From contig NC_043011.1 of assembly GCF_006345805.1 (NCBI RefSeq), forward strand, positions 60,834,464-60,898,463: DNA of 64,000 nt, given 5' to 3'. Below are positions 1-12,360 of the stretch, piece by piece (positions within the stretch are counted from its first letter, which is position 1; every line of letters starts with the position of its first letter). A program made the translations under genes and the position numbers. The notes beneath the pieces are model-generated. The model saw only the letters and a program-made list of their open reading frames with translations, made no database searches and was not told the DNA's origin. This DNA is from Octopus sinensis (taxonomy: Eukaryota).

Positions 1-79
1 CCTTTTATAGAGGGGGTTGTTTAAAATCTAAAATCCAAAATAACAAGCAAATGAAATGTCTCAATTAATACTGCTGGAC

Positions 80-163
80 AAATCTATCTATCTATCTATC
101 TATCCATCCAGCTATCTATCCATCTATCCATCTATCCATCTGTCTGTCTCTCTGTATGTTTAA

Positions 164-240
<77 letters not shown>

Positions 241-275
241 CATCTATCCATCTGTCTGTCTCTCTGTATGTTTAA

Positions 276-345
<70 letters not shown>
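80..345. repeat. (CTAT)n microsatellite array with a short internal duplication
   Basis: Long runs of ctat; the spacer ctgtctgtctctctgtatgtttaa occurs twice. Confidence 0.95.
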
Positions 346-576
346 GTGTGTGCATATGCATGTATTATATGCATATATGTCATATATATCATACAAACAC
401 ACATTTTTATATGCATACATATGCACAAGCAAACACACACGCACACACAGACAAGCAGACAGACAGATACACACATACATAAGATTACTGATGTTGAATT
501 GTGGGAATTGTGTGTTGGAACAGATATTGTTATTTCTCTCTCTCTCCTCACACTCTCTCCAGATTATATATATATA

Positions 577-856
577 AGGTTGTGAGTTCAATTCCCGATG
601 ACGTGTTTTGTCCTTGAGCAAGACACTTTATTTCACGTTGCTCCGGTCCACTCAGCTGGCAAAAATGAGTAGTACCCGTAATTCAAAAAAGGGGCCAGCC
701 TTGTCACACTCTGTGTCACGCTGAATCTCCCCGAGAACTACGTTAAGGGTACACGTGTCTGTGGCGTGCTCAGCCACTCGCTCCGTTAATTTCACGAGCA
801 AGTCGTTCTGTTGATCGTATCAGCTGGGACCCTCGTCGTCGAAACCGACGGAGCGC
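577..856 (+). mobile_element. tRNA-derived SINE (family D head and core joined to family B-type tail)
   Basis: B-box-like gagttcaattcc, core gtccttgagcaagacactttatttcacgttgctcc, and tail gaactacgttaagggtacacgtgtctgtgg...gaaaccgacggag shared with the copies at 9503, 33555 and 44018. Confidence 0.8.
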
Positions 857-1068
857 TTCTATCTTATATACATGTATACAAAAACAAACACATACATGCA
901 TACATATATAATCCAACGCCACGCAGCCTTGTTCACAGTCAGATTTTGTTAATAAATTCTGCGACTCTACTTTCTGTTCCCTTTCTTTTTCCTTTGGTAT
1001 TTTGTCCTGTACTTATCTCTCGTGTGTTTACGTACTTTTCACATCTTAGTGATATTCTGTACTTGATG

Positions 1069-1124
<56 letters not shown>

Positions 1125-1194
1125 TATATATATGTGTGTGTGTGTGTATGCGTGTGTGTGTGTGTGTGTGTGAGTGTGTATACATACATACATA

Positions 1195-2033
1195 CATACA
1201 ATTAAGGCTAAATCATGAAAAATTAATGATTTTATCAGTGGCCAGCATATAATAAAAACCATATAGGCAAAATGAATATTTAGATATATAATTATATAGA
1301 TATGATTATAATTAAGGGCACTGAAGAAAGAGTACCTGTATGCTAGAGATAGACACCAATTGAGTAGAAACCATTTTGAATTTGCAATCCATTAACTCAA
1401 GACTGAATGTGAGGAAAATGGATAAAAAGATTTCGTAAAATTATTATAATCTTGAGATTTTTGGTTTAGTAATAAACGCTCTATATTCATCAGTTGGGTA
1501 TATCGGACGTATATAAGTGAAAATACGTATACATACCCACACAAATACATCCATATAAATACGAATACATACATATATTTACAAGTATATATGAAGCAAA
1601 ATCCTATTATCTGTCTCAACCACATACGCATTTGATTAGAATACCATAGTAAGTGTTATGACCAGAGTGAATATATATGCATGTATACATAATTAAGGAT
1701 AGAATCATTAAAAATTGATGATTTTTATTAGTGACCAGCATATAATAAAAACCATATCGGTAAAATCAATATTTAGATATATAGTTATTCATTATTTTAT
1801 TCTTTATTTTTTTCAGTCATTTGACTGTGGCCATGCTGGAGCACCGCCATTAGTCGAGCAAATCGAACCCCCAGGAGTTATTCTTTGTAAGTCTAGTACT
1901 TATTCTATCGGTTTCTTTTGTCGATCCGCTAAGTTACGGGGATGTAAACACACCACCATCGGTTGTCAAGCGATGCTTGGGTAACAAACACAGACACACA
2001 GACGCACATACATGCATACATACATGCATGCAT

Positions 2034-2089
<56 letters not shown>

Positions 2090-2385
2090 GATGGGCTTCT
2101 TTCAGTTTTCGTATATCAAATCCACCCACAAGGCTTTGGTTGGCCTGCTGAGGTTATAGTAGAAGGCACTTACTCAAGGTGCCACGCAGTGGGACTGAAA
2201 TCGGAACTATGTAGTTGGTAAGCAAGCTACTTACCACAGAGTCGGCACTGAAGGAACAGTACTCGATATGCTAGAGATAGACGTCAAACGACAATAGACC
2301 ACTTCGAATTTGCACTCCATTAGCACAAGTTTGAATGCGAGGAAAATGGATTAAATATTTCGTAAAATTCTTATGGTTAATCCTA
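1195..2385 (+). repeat. Two diverged tandem copies of an approx. 280-bp unit (Penelope pLTR-like); second copy split by a SINE
   Basis: cataattaaggc..aatcat...ccagcatataataaaaaccatat at about 1195 and 1686; ggcactgaag...atgctagagatagac...gaggaaaatggat at about 1316 and 2243; CTGAAGA hammerhead-like core. Confidence 0.6.
1801..2240 (-). mobile_element. tRNA-derived SINE family A, full length with central (CA)n(TA)n
   Basis: Reverse complement of gtggtaagtagcttgcttaccaac...ttcagtcccactgcgtggcacc...gaaactgaaagaagcccg and of the 3' half ending gcggtgctccagcatggcc.cagtcaaatgactgaaa. Confidence 0.9.
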
Positions 2386-2557
2386 AATCTTCAGTGACTC
2401 CATTCCACGTGTCTCCTGTCCTGTTTAGTTCATTCTGTCTTTCTGTGGTGTGTATCCTTATCTGGAGTGTCACTGAAGAGGTTGCAGGATGTGTGACAAA
2501 GGGTTTCCAGACAGTGGAGATTAAAATATGAACAATAATGAATCTGAAGTGAAGAAC

Positions 2558-2594
<37 letters not shown>

Positions 2595-2619
2595 CGTGTG
2601 TGCGTGTGTGTGCATGTGT

Positions 2620-2662
<43 letters not shown>

Positions 2663-3832
2663 ATGTGTGTTTATTTATCAAAAACGCAAAAAAAAAGAAG
2701 CAACAAATGACTATCCCGAAATGTAACAACATTTTTTTCATCACACGGCTTCACATCAAGAATCTTTCAAAACAAATTCATAAACGTAACAAAAGGGAAA
2801 ATATTATAATTCTAGATAAATAGGAAGGGATGGTTACACTATGAAGACCTTCGATCCCAAATCTGTTCGATGAATGTCATTAAATCAGACAGACATTTAA
2901 TCGAACGTGCAGATCCATAATCAATGCAATTCCAACCGTGACCACTCCGATCTTTTTCCTATGTACAAAGAAGAACACAAGACTATATTTCTAATGCGCC
3001 TTTTTCTAAAACATTTGGAAACCAGTTGAGGTAGATTTAGTACTTTTGGTTGTTATTTCTAGCATATCGAACAATCACGTAGAGGCTCGTTCTCCTTGAA
3101 AGTGGTTTATATTGTGTCTTCGAGATGTGTGGACGGAATAAGGGAGTGACGACGATGGGGGTAGTGTCTTGGTCGCAAGAGCAGGTGCGCACGTTTGCGC
3201 ATATGTATATGAATATGTGTGTGTTTGCACGTCTGAATGAGCCTTTGTGTAAGCGTACGACATATCTGTGTGTATGTGTGCCTGCCTTTGTAAATACACA
3301 CACATCTGTATATGTGTTTTTACTTTTTACATATATATATATATATATATTGAAGAGAGTGAAAGAAAAGTAAGTGGAATGGCGTTGGTGAATCAACTAA
3401 AACCGTGCAACATTTCTCTGTTGATGACTGTAGCGATAACGCCATTTTGTCGAGGAAGCTTTTAACAATAGGGGAAGTAGTAAGAGGTGGACCCAATAAC
3501 CGAGTAGTTTTGCTGTCAGATTTTGATGACGTAAGTTTGCTGTTGTCAACAGCAACAACTTCACTTTACATCTAAGACATCAATTATGTGTGACATTGTG
3601 ATCGTTTGGCATGGTAGAAACAACAACCAAATTTCCCTCGGGGGAAGTACTGCACCTGGATAATAGCCAGGGGAGTTGCTTCTTGATTACCTTTGATAAC
3701 CACTCAAAGCTGACCAGGGGCTAAACGATGGCTACAACAATTGACAATTGTATGAGACAACAGAGTGTCGTGGACTCTGGTCATATATATATATATACAC
3801 ACACATACACAGAGAGAGACATACACACACGC

Positions 3833-3849
<17 letters not shown>

Positions 3850-3876
<27 letters not shown>

Positions 3877-4135
3877 TAAATATTAGGGAATAAATCCAAA
3901 TTTACAGGGAAAAAAATCAGATTTAGGATTAAATCCAATTTTATAGTAAAATATTATAAAATATTATTAGAGACAAAACCACTATTTTGCAAAACAAACA
4001 AGGAAAGACTTAATCAATACATAAAATTTTAATAAATAGTCAAAAAATAGTCAAAATAGACTATTTATTAAAATTTTATGTATTGATTAAGTCTTTCCTT
4101 GTTTGTTTTGCAAAATAGTGGTTTTGTCTCTAATA

Positions 4136-4146
<11 letters not shown>
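3850..4146. repeat. Foldback inverted repeat (arms approx. 3954-4041 and 4059-4146), probable Penelope-like remnant
   Basis: Approx. 88-bp near-perfect inverted arms between (TA)n tracts; a related single arm occurs at about 40100-40190. Confidence 0.85.
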
Positions 4147-4228
<82 letters not shown>

Positions 4229-4689
4229 TATATGTATATGTACATATGTATACACACACATATATATATACATACATATATATATACATACACGCGCGCG
4301 TGCCCACATATATATATATATATACACACGCACATATGTATGTACGTTTATATGCATGTATATATATAAATATATATATATATGCACACATATACGCACA
4401 TATATATGGAAATATGTGTGCGCTTTTGTATGTAAGCACATGCTCATAGACACCCGCACACTAATAAACATATATATAACATAGTGAAGTAAAAAAAATC
4501 CTCAAAAATACATACAAAAATACCCTGCACGGCAGCGAAACGGCGAAGAAGTAAAACACATATATTGTGTATATGTGTTCGATAAAGTTTACGACACTAG
4601 CGCTGCTTGTAATTCGTCATTGAATTTAGTCTTACGTTTGCATCGTCGTGGCATACCAGGAAATTCTTCTGGTTGAGTTTGTGTCTTGT

Positions 4690-4812
4690 TTGAACTGTCG
4701 ATACAAGCAGCCAAGTATGTGCATCCATTCACACAAGATTCTCACATGGACGATTTCTGGAATGTCTTACAAATCTTCATTGTGCCACTGATAGACTGGA
4801 TTTGGAGAATGT
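4690..4812 (-). mobile_element. Very short 5'-truncated R4/Dong-like retrotransposon end
   Basis: Minus strand reads LQIQSISGTMKICKTFQKSSM*, matching LQIQSMGGTVKICKTFQKFII of the adjacent copy. Confidence 0.75.
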
Positions 4813-4878
4813 ATGTATGTATGCATGCATGTGTGTATGCATGTGTGTATGTATGTATGAATGTATGTATGTATGTAT

Positions 4879-5392
4879 GGCATTATTCAGTTTATTTCAA
4901 CGTTTCTTGCCAATAAAGAAAGAACCGGTTTCTAACCTAGATCCAAGTTTCTTTTATTGGAATTTCAACATCAACAACTGGGTATTTTTGTGTGTGTGTA
5001 TGTATGTATGTATGTATGTATGTATGTATGTATGTATGTACAGATTTGTATGTTTCATGTATGTATTCTCATATATATAGTTGCATGTCTATAGATGCTC
5101 ACATACATTTAAATGATAAACTTCTGGAAAGTTTTACAGATTTTCACAGTTCCACCCATGGATTGGATCTGTAGCCTTCGAATTTGCTTTCTCCTTTCTG
5201 GTTTTGAGAAGCTTAATTTCTCAAGACTGGTATTTAGGCAGTGTGTTACATATCCCAGGGCACCAATAATTACAGGTATAAACATGTACATGTAATCTGG
5301 ATAGAGTAACTGCAGATTTCTCAATGGTCCAGCATAGATGTTCTCTTTTTCACTGATCTTCAGCTTTATGTTAAGATCCACTGTATGTATGT
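4879..5392 (-). mobile_element. 5'-truncated R4/Dong-like (restriction-like endonuclease) non-LTR retrotransposon with 3' UTR
   Basis: ORF 5109-5381 has KISEKENIY..L.RNLQLLYP...FIPVIIGALG, typical of the RLE C-terminus; 3' UTR shared with the 11232-12122 copy. Confidence 0.85.
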
Positions 5393-5679
5393 TGACACAG
5401 CGGTCATGTAATGTTCCCTATAAGCAGAAGCATTTGGGATAGAGGAAAATAAGTCACAGGAGCTCTTTGCATACTAAATAAGTATCCTGAAGTGCATCGA
5501 ATACGTACGACAATGAATAAAAGGCAAAATAGCTGGTAGAAAACTGGTAGGATTTTTAATTCTTTTTCACTCTTTACATTCCGCGTTCAAATCCCGCTGA
5601 GGTCAGTTTTGCTTCTTATTCTTTCCGGATCGATAAAATAACGTATCAATGAACATTTATCAATTGCTTCCTTCCTCCA

Positions 5680-5880
5680 AACTTCGGACAAAACATTTTG
5701 CCACATTTGTTCTCTCTCCCTTCTGAGTTCAAAACCCGCCGAGGTCAACTTGACCTTTCACCATTTTTCTCTTTTTCGAGTGGTGCAGCGATGAAATAAA
5801 TACTAGTTGAGCATAGGATCGAAGTAAAATACTTATCCTCACCCCCGAATTCGTTGGCTTTGTGTTAAAATTTGAAATTA
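5680..5880 (+). mobile_element. Degenerate tRNA-derived SINE family C
   Basis: ttctgagttcaaaacccgccgaggtcaactt...gataaaatactagttgagc...ggctttgtg..aaaatttgaaat matches the family C copies. Confidence 0.65.
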
Positions 5881-6075
5881 GCATTATTGTTGTTGTTACT
5901 GTTGTAATTGTTGTTTTTATTTACGTTGTTGTTGCTTTGGTTCATAGGAGCTTTTCTAAGTTTCACCCAGAAACCTCCGGTAACAGCAAGTTGGACGTTT
6001 TATTCAGGCTGTCATTTATGATTAACAACGATGTATTGTGAAGGAATCTCAGAACTAGGGTCACGAGTATCATCA

Positions 6076-6310
6076 AGGCGGCGAGCTGGCTGAATCGCTA
6101 ACACCGCGGACAAAATGCTTAACGGCATTCTGTCCGTCTCCACGGTCTGAGCTCAAATTCGTATACGATGGGATGCCATACAGTTTCCGTCTATCATACT
6201 CACTCAGGAGGCATTGGTCGGCCCAGGGATTTAGTAGAAGGTACTTATCCAAGACTGGGCGCCCTCGACCTAAAACCGAAACCGCATGGTTCCAAAGCGA
6301 GTTTCCTATG
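6076..6310. mobile_element. SINE C head (+, 6076-6160) abutting SINE A 5' half (-, 6160-6310)
   Basis: ggcggcgagctggctgaatcgctaacacc...aaatgcttaacggc; then the reverse complement of the family A head and core. Confidence 0.7.
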
Positions 6311-6639
6311 GCGATTTGTTCGACGCTCTATTGTCAGGTTGTGTCTCATACGCATTGATTTTGGACACTTATATGAGCCACCACGAGGAGCCCGTTTCGA
6401 TCCCTCAGCATGACATCTTGAGCAAGTCTTGGATCTAAGGTGACCTAGGTGAATGGAGTTGGGTAGGAGGAAATCAAGTACTTGTAAATAAATCCACCAA
6501 CCACGTCGTGTATTTTATATCGCTGATTTGATGTTCGAGTCTTCGGAATACCCGGCCCAATAGCTCCACTTCATCGTTTAGTTTATCGAGAAGGTAGCTT
6601 CAAGTGAATGGATAAATTGATTTCGCATTCGAAACCGAC

Positions 6640-6910
6640 GAAGATCCATCCACCCATCCATCCATCCATCCATCCACCCATCCATCCATCCACCCATGCA
6701 TCTGTTCATTCATCCATCATCATCATCACCAGCCTCAATATCATCATCATCGTCATCATCAATCTTACCACTACTACCAGTGCCATCGCAAACATCACCA
6801 TCACCACCACAATCCTCCTCCTCCTCCTCATCATCATCATCATCATCCCTACCATCATCACCCCCCCCCACCACCACCACCCCCACCATCGCCGTCGTCG
6901 TCGTCGTCGT
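6640..6910. repeat. Compound microsatellite (CATC/CAT/CCT/CAC/CGT)n
   Basis: Directly visible runs. Confidence 0.9.
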
Positions 6911-7179
6911 GAACATCGCGCGTCGATTGTTGTAGGATTCTGGAGAATTTGCAAAGACAGATGCAAGACGCTGCGAATCTCTCTCAATGAAGCCATAAAT
7001 CTTGCAAGTGGTGCCGGGTGGAAGGCGGGTGGCGGGTGGGGGGCGGGCGATTAGCGAAATGTCTTCCTTTATCCACTCTGGTCACGTGACCGCTTTATCA
7101 CGACGTGTACATACACGCTCCTGCCGTTATCTGACTTATTCCTGAATACGCCACCGAATACCCCACCCACGCAACTTGC

Positions 7180-7850
7180 GTGTGGACATGTGAATGTGTG
7201 CATGTGTGTGTGTACATGTGTGTGTGTGTGTGGTTGTGTACATGTGTGCGCGTGTATGTGTACGTGTACGTGTGTGTGTGGTTGTGTACGTGTGTGTGTG
7301 TGGTTGTGTACATGTGTATGTGTGTGTGCATGTGTGTGTTTATGCTGTTGAAGCAAATGTATGCATGTATGTATGTAATGTATGTGTGTATGTATATGTG
7401 TGAGCGTGGGTCTATTTGCACGCGTGTGTGCATATGCATATATATATATATGTATGTGTGTTCGTGTGTGTGTGTGTGTGTGTATGTCTCATGTAACATA
7501 AAATGTAATATATATCCCTATGTTTATATATATATATATACGTATCTCTGTACATACCTATAGACATGCATACATATATACATATTTATACATATATATT
7601 TATACATACATTTATATATATTTATACATATATATTTATACATACATATATATATATATTTATACATACATACATATATATATATTTATACATACATACA
7701 TATATATTTATACATATATATTATACATACATATATATATATATTTATACATACATACATATATATATATTTATACATACATACATATATATATTTATAT
7801 TTATACATACATAAATATATATTTATACACACATATATATATATATGTAT
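7180..7850. repeat. (TG)n/(TA)n/(TACA)n low-complexity tract
   Basis: Directly visible; includes repeated tatatatttatacatac units. Confidence 0.9.
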
Positions 7851-8087
7851 ATACCGGAGTAAACACATAAATGTGAAACAAGGTGGAAAAAAGAGTACTC
7901 AAATACCAGTGGTAGAGTAATATGCTTTATTTTAAGCAGCAGAAAATTCAACAAAATCTGTTACTCTGAGTTTCTCGTTGCCGTTCATCAGACAGTTTTT
8001 GCTAGAATGGCAAAAACTGTCTGATGAACGGCAACGAGAAACTCAGAGTAACAGATTTTGTTGAATTTTCTGCTGCTTAAAATAAAG
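7850..8087. mobile_element. Penelope-like pLTR remnant with perfect 78-bp inverted duplication (7925-8002 / 8010-8087)
   Basis: Perfect arms around loop tagaatg; contains a hammerhead motif; flanked by (TA)n. Confidence 0.75.
8012..8059 (+). ncRNA. Minimal type I hammerhead ribozyme motif (mirrored on the minus strand at approx. 7953-8000)
   Basis: AAAAACTGT-CTGATGA-ACGGCAACGA-GAA-ACTCAGAGT-A-ACAGATTTT: stem I 8/9 bp, short stem II, near-palindromic stem III, GUA site. Confidence 0.65.
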
Positions 8088-8374
8088 TATATATGTATAT
8101 ATATATATATATCTTTGCAGGCCTATATGTGCAATTGTAGGCGTGTATGTGTTTCTGTATCGGTGTACGTAAGTGTATAAGCGTGCATGGATGCTTGTAT
8201 GTGCGTGTGTGTATGCGTGTGTGAGTGTATGTGTGTATTTGTGTGCTTATGTGTTAGTGTATACAGGTATGTTTCTCTGTGTGTGTGTGTGTGTATTTCT
8301 ATGTGTTGGGGTGAGCATGAGAAAGGCAGATATGCATATACACTAGTAAATTGCTATGAAACACAGGTAAAAAT

Positions 8375-8430
8375 ACCACCACCACCACCACCACCACCAC
8401 CTCTACCACTAATGCTGCTGCTGCTGTTGT

Positions 8431-8472
<42 letters not shown>

Positions 8473-9075
8473 CTGTGTAGCAATCATGATGAAGATGATG
8501 ATGATGATGATGACGGTGTTATAGGTACTGTTATTCCTGCTGTCGTTTTTGTTGAACACCACCACCACCACCAGCACCGCAACCACTTCAATAACAGCAG
8601 CAGATAGCAGCAATAACAGGAACAAGATCAACAACAACAACCTTGTATTTACATTTCCTTAGTGCTACGACAATTATTTCCACTCATACATCACAGCTGC
8701 CCCTGCTAATGCCAACCAACTCGTCTCACCACCACCACCACCACCACCACCACCACCACCACTACCACCACCACCACCACCACCACCGATACTACTACTA
8801 CTACTGCAGTCGTTACAACTGCCACAATCATCACTACGTGCACCACGCCACAACTGGCACCACCTCCTCCGCCACCTCCTCCTCTAACATCCTACCCTAC
8901 CACTACTACCACCATCACCACCACCACCACCACCGCAACAACAACAACAACTACACCAACACCACCACCACCAACAACAACAACAGCACCACCAACACCA
9001 CCACCCCAAACAACAACAACAACAACAACAACTACTACTACTACTGCTGCTGCTACTACTATTACTACTACTACT
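8375..9075. repeat. Trinucleotide microsatellite field (CAC/TAC/CAA/GAT/CTG)n
   Basis: Directly visible; produces spurious poly-H, poly-Y and poly-N ORFs. Confidence 0.9.
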
Positions 9076-9502
9076 CCTCACCTGACGCCCACCACTACCA
9101 CGTAACGCTGCCAAGCTGACACGAAACACGAAGCAGTATTTCAAAAGATAGCGGTCGTGCAGCTGGTGTGTCTCATGGCGGCAGTCAGCGACTGACTCAG
9201 GCCAAACAAACAACAAAACAGAGCGAAAAGAAACAGGAAAGAAAAAGAAAATTGCAACAAACGAACAAACAAACAATAAACAACGCATTTCAGAACGGTC
9301 TCTCTGTATATATATAAGTGTATATATATAAGAAGAGCTTCGGGCTGATGCCTGCTGTCGGGGTGTAATCCATCTTAACATATAAATAAATCACTAATGT
9401 TTACAATATGGCGGCGAATGAGGATTTTTTTGTTTTGTTTTGTGTTAATTTTGTCGTAAAGTCAGGCATTTTGGGAGTTAGGTCTGAGGAATTGGGTCTG
9501 CA

Positions 9503-9880
9503 GAGGCACAATGGCCCAGTGGTTAGGGCAGCGGACTCACGGACGTAGGATCGCGGTTTATATTCCCATACCGGGCGTTTTGAGTGTTTATTGAGCGAAA
9601 ACACCTAAAGCTCCCCGAGGCTCTGGCAGGGGGTGGTGACGAACCCTACTATACTCTTTCACCACAGCTTTCCATCACTATTTCTTCCTGTTTCTGTTGT
9701 ACCTGTATTTCAAAGGGGCCAGCCTTGTCATACTCTGTGTCTTGCTGAATCTCTCCAAGAACTACGTTAAGGGTACACGTGTCTGTGGAATGCTCAGTCA
9801 CTTGCACGTTTATTTCACGAGCAGGCTGTCCCGGTGATTGGATCAACTGGAACCCTCGTCGTCGAAACCGACAGAGTGTC
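9503..9880 (+). mobile_element. tRNA-derived SINE family B, long tail type, full length
   Basis: A-box tggcccagtgg, B-box-like ggtttatattccc, body aaaacacctaaagctcc, tail gaactacgttaagggtacacgtgtctgtgg. Confidence 0.9.
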
Positions 9881-10169
9881 ACGATGTAGACGCTCTAATA
9901 TAGACTCGAGGCCAGAAATAGTCTGTGTGTGTGTGCGTGTGTTTCAGTGTATATATACAAACGTAGATACATTCATAGATACATACATGCATTGTATGTA
10001 TGTACGGGCGGGAATGTGAAAATACCTGGGTTGGTATCCAGGTCCACAGTTGGTACAGTTGGATTGGGTGACCCCCTCTGTTGTTGTAACATCTCTCTAG
10101 GAGAGGGAAACTGTGAGAAAGTCTGACAGTATTCGATGATGTAGATTAGTTCTTCCTTTCGAGTTTATT

Positions 10170-10186
10170 TTGTCCATATACATACA

Positions 10187-10217
<31 letters not shown>

Positions 10218-10430
10218 GCATACACACATATACATACACACATATACATACACACATATACATACATATACTTATACACACATATACATACACACATATA
10301 CATATATATACATATACGTACATATGCACACATATACATACATACATACATACAAACATTTATATAGACACACACACAAACACACATACACTAACACACA
10401 CACATACACACAGCCACACACACACATTTC
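10170..10430. repeat. (CATA)n/(CA)n microsatellite
   Basis: Directly visible. Confidence 0.9.
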
Positions 10431-11231
10431 ACTTTAGCATTGCGAGGGAAATAATGTGGTGTAGGACTCAATATACACATGGTATGACAAAGGAAGAAAT
10501 AAATAAAGGATTATCTCATGAATTCCATTGGCTTACATCTGTTTCTGCTATGTGTTACGGTGGACACATAGTTGAGTGTGTAACTAAAAGGCTTCCATTT
10601 CCTGTACTGAAAACTAGTAAACCGCGCCTAGTTTTCTTTAGAAATATCCACTGCCTGAATATATGAATGTATGCTTGCTTTATAAGCTCAGCTGCTGTCG
10701 TTAGGTCAAAATGACCAGCCAAAGTGCAGATGAACTCAATAGAGTCAACGGCCAACAAACATCTGGGATTGGGAGAACTCTATTCTTTGGTTGGACATTT
10801 CTGGAAGGAAATCTCTGATATCGAAACTGCAACCTCGATTGCACCTAATTATGAATATTTCTTCTTTTGGACAAAGCATACGTAGTTTAGAGAATGGAGG
10901 GGATTGGCCTCGTGCAGAGCCTTTCCTGATTTGAAAAAGCTTCAGGCTCAAGTACCGCTTGGTTTTTCGACATATTTATCAACATCGCTATGTACTGAGA
11001 ATAACCGTAAATGGCAAAGCACTCGAAAGAAACCATGACAGACGGAAAGCATGTGTCAGCGTGGGCTCGGTGAACATCTGCTGGATGCGGTACTGTCTAC
11101 GCAAAAGAGTGTAGGTGCCTGGCAGGATTGAAAAACACATCCGCACTGTTCATATTTAAGAGAACAATTAAGCGATGGCATTGCTCGAAATAGAATTACA
11201 GTCATCGTGTTTGTATTTTTTCGTATGTATG

Positions 11232-12122
11232 TCGTTATCCAGTTTATTTCAAGATTTCTTGCCAATAGAGAAAGAACCGGTTTCTATCCTAGATCCAAGG
11301 CTCTTTCATTGGAATTTCAACACCAACAACAGGGTATTTTTGTCTGCTTGTATGTATGTATGTATGTATGTATGTATGTATGTATGTATGTATGAACGTT
11401 TGTGCGTATGTATGTAGGTACGTATGTATGCACGTATGTGTAGATTTGTATGTTTTATCTATATATTCTCATACATACAGTTGTGTATCTAGACATGCTC
11501 ATATATATTTAAATGATAAACTTTTGGAAAGTTTTACAGATTTTTACAGATTTTTAAGTTTTACAATTTTTACAGATTTTTACAGATTTTTACAGATTTT
11601 TACAATCCATGAGTAGTCATAGATTGGATCTGTAGTCTTCGAATTAGCTTTCTCCTTTCTGGTTCTGAGAAGCCTGATTGCTCAAGACTGGTATTTAGGC
11701 AGTGTGTTACACCACCTAAGATCCCAATAATTACAGGTATAAACCTGAACTCGTAATCTGGATAGAGTATCTGCAGATTTCTCAATAGTTCAGCATAGGT
11801 GTTCTCTTTTTCACTGATCTTCAGCTTTATGTTAACATCCGCTGGGCAGCTAATTTCCACAACTGTGCACAGTTTCTCTTCTCTATTCCAAATCATTATA
11901 CCAGCTCTGTTGTGCTTACATTTTATTGAGGTCTTCACTGGTACATTCCACCAGTATTCCTTTTTATTATGAGTGGCTATGGCTTCTACCATATTGTGGG
12001 TTCTTATTTCTTTGTACTTGGGATTATCCTTTCGACAGATTTCATTATAGAGTGTCCTAGCTACAATGTCATGTCTCATCAGTAGATAATACCGTGATGA
12101 CATTTTCGGACAACTGCTTGAT
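11232..12122 (-). mobile_element. 5'-truncated R4/Dong-like retrotransposon (post-knuckle RH motif plus RLE domain, inactive)
   Basis: ORF 11600-12103: SSCPKMSSRYYL.MRHD.VA..LY...WWNVPV.T...HNRAGIMIW...VEISCP.D.NI..K..EKE..Y; the catalytic PD reads AG; local expansion of tttttacagat. Confidence 0.88.
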
Positions 12123-12134
12123 GTATATATTTAT

Positions 12135-12360
12135 GTGTGTCTTTGTGTCTGTGTTTGTCCCAGAACCCACCCACCTACTAGCATCACTTGACAACCTATG
12201 CTGGTGTGTTTACATCCCCGTAACGTAGTGGTTCAGTAAAAGAGACCGATAGAATAGGTGCTAGGCTTGCAACGAATAAGGCCTAGGATCGATTTCGTCG
12301 ACTAAAAAAAGCGGTGCTCCATCATGGCCGCAGTCAAATGACTGAAACAATCAAAGAATA
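12135..12360 (+). mobile_element. SINE family A, 3' half only
   Basis: gtttgtccc...tgacaacc..tgctggtgtgtttac.tccccgtaac...gaccgatagaata...gcggtgctcc..catggccgcagtcaaatgactgaaac. Confidence 0.85.

Noticed and set aside
3129-3146. TGGACGGAATAAGGG resembling miR-184 (also TACCCTGTAG at about 15379 resembling miR-10)
   Set aside because: Only partial matches, with no precursor hairpin evident.
3372-3575. Stop-free frame with a GTAAGT donor-like site
   Set aside because: No ATG, no polypyrimidine acceptor and no recognisable protein similarity.
8643-9119. 158-aa His/Tyr/Asn-rich ORF
   Set aside because: Entirely explained by triplet repeats; non-ATG start and no splice or domain evidence.
9404-9418. 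YY1-like AATATGGCGGC as a promoter
   Set aside because: An isolated motif with no supporting downstream exon or CpG island.
11521-11600. Short repeat array tttttacagat as a CRISPR-like or novel satellite
   Set aside because: It is a local slippage expansion of the R4-like element's ORF end, with no unique spacers.
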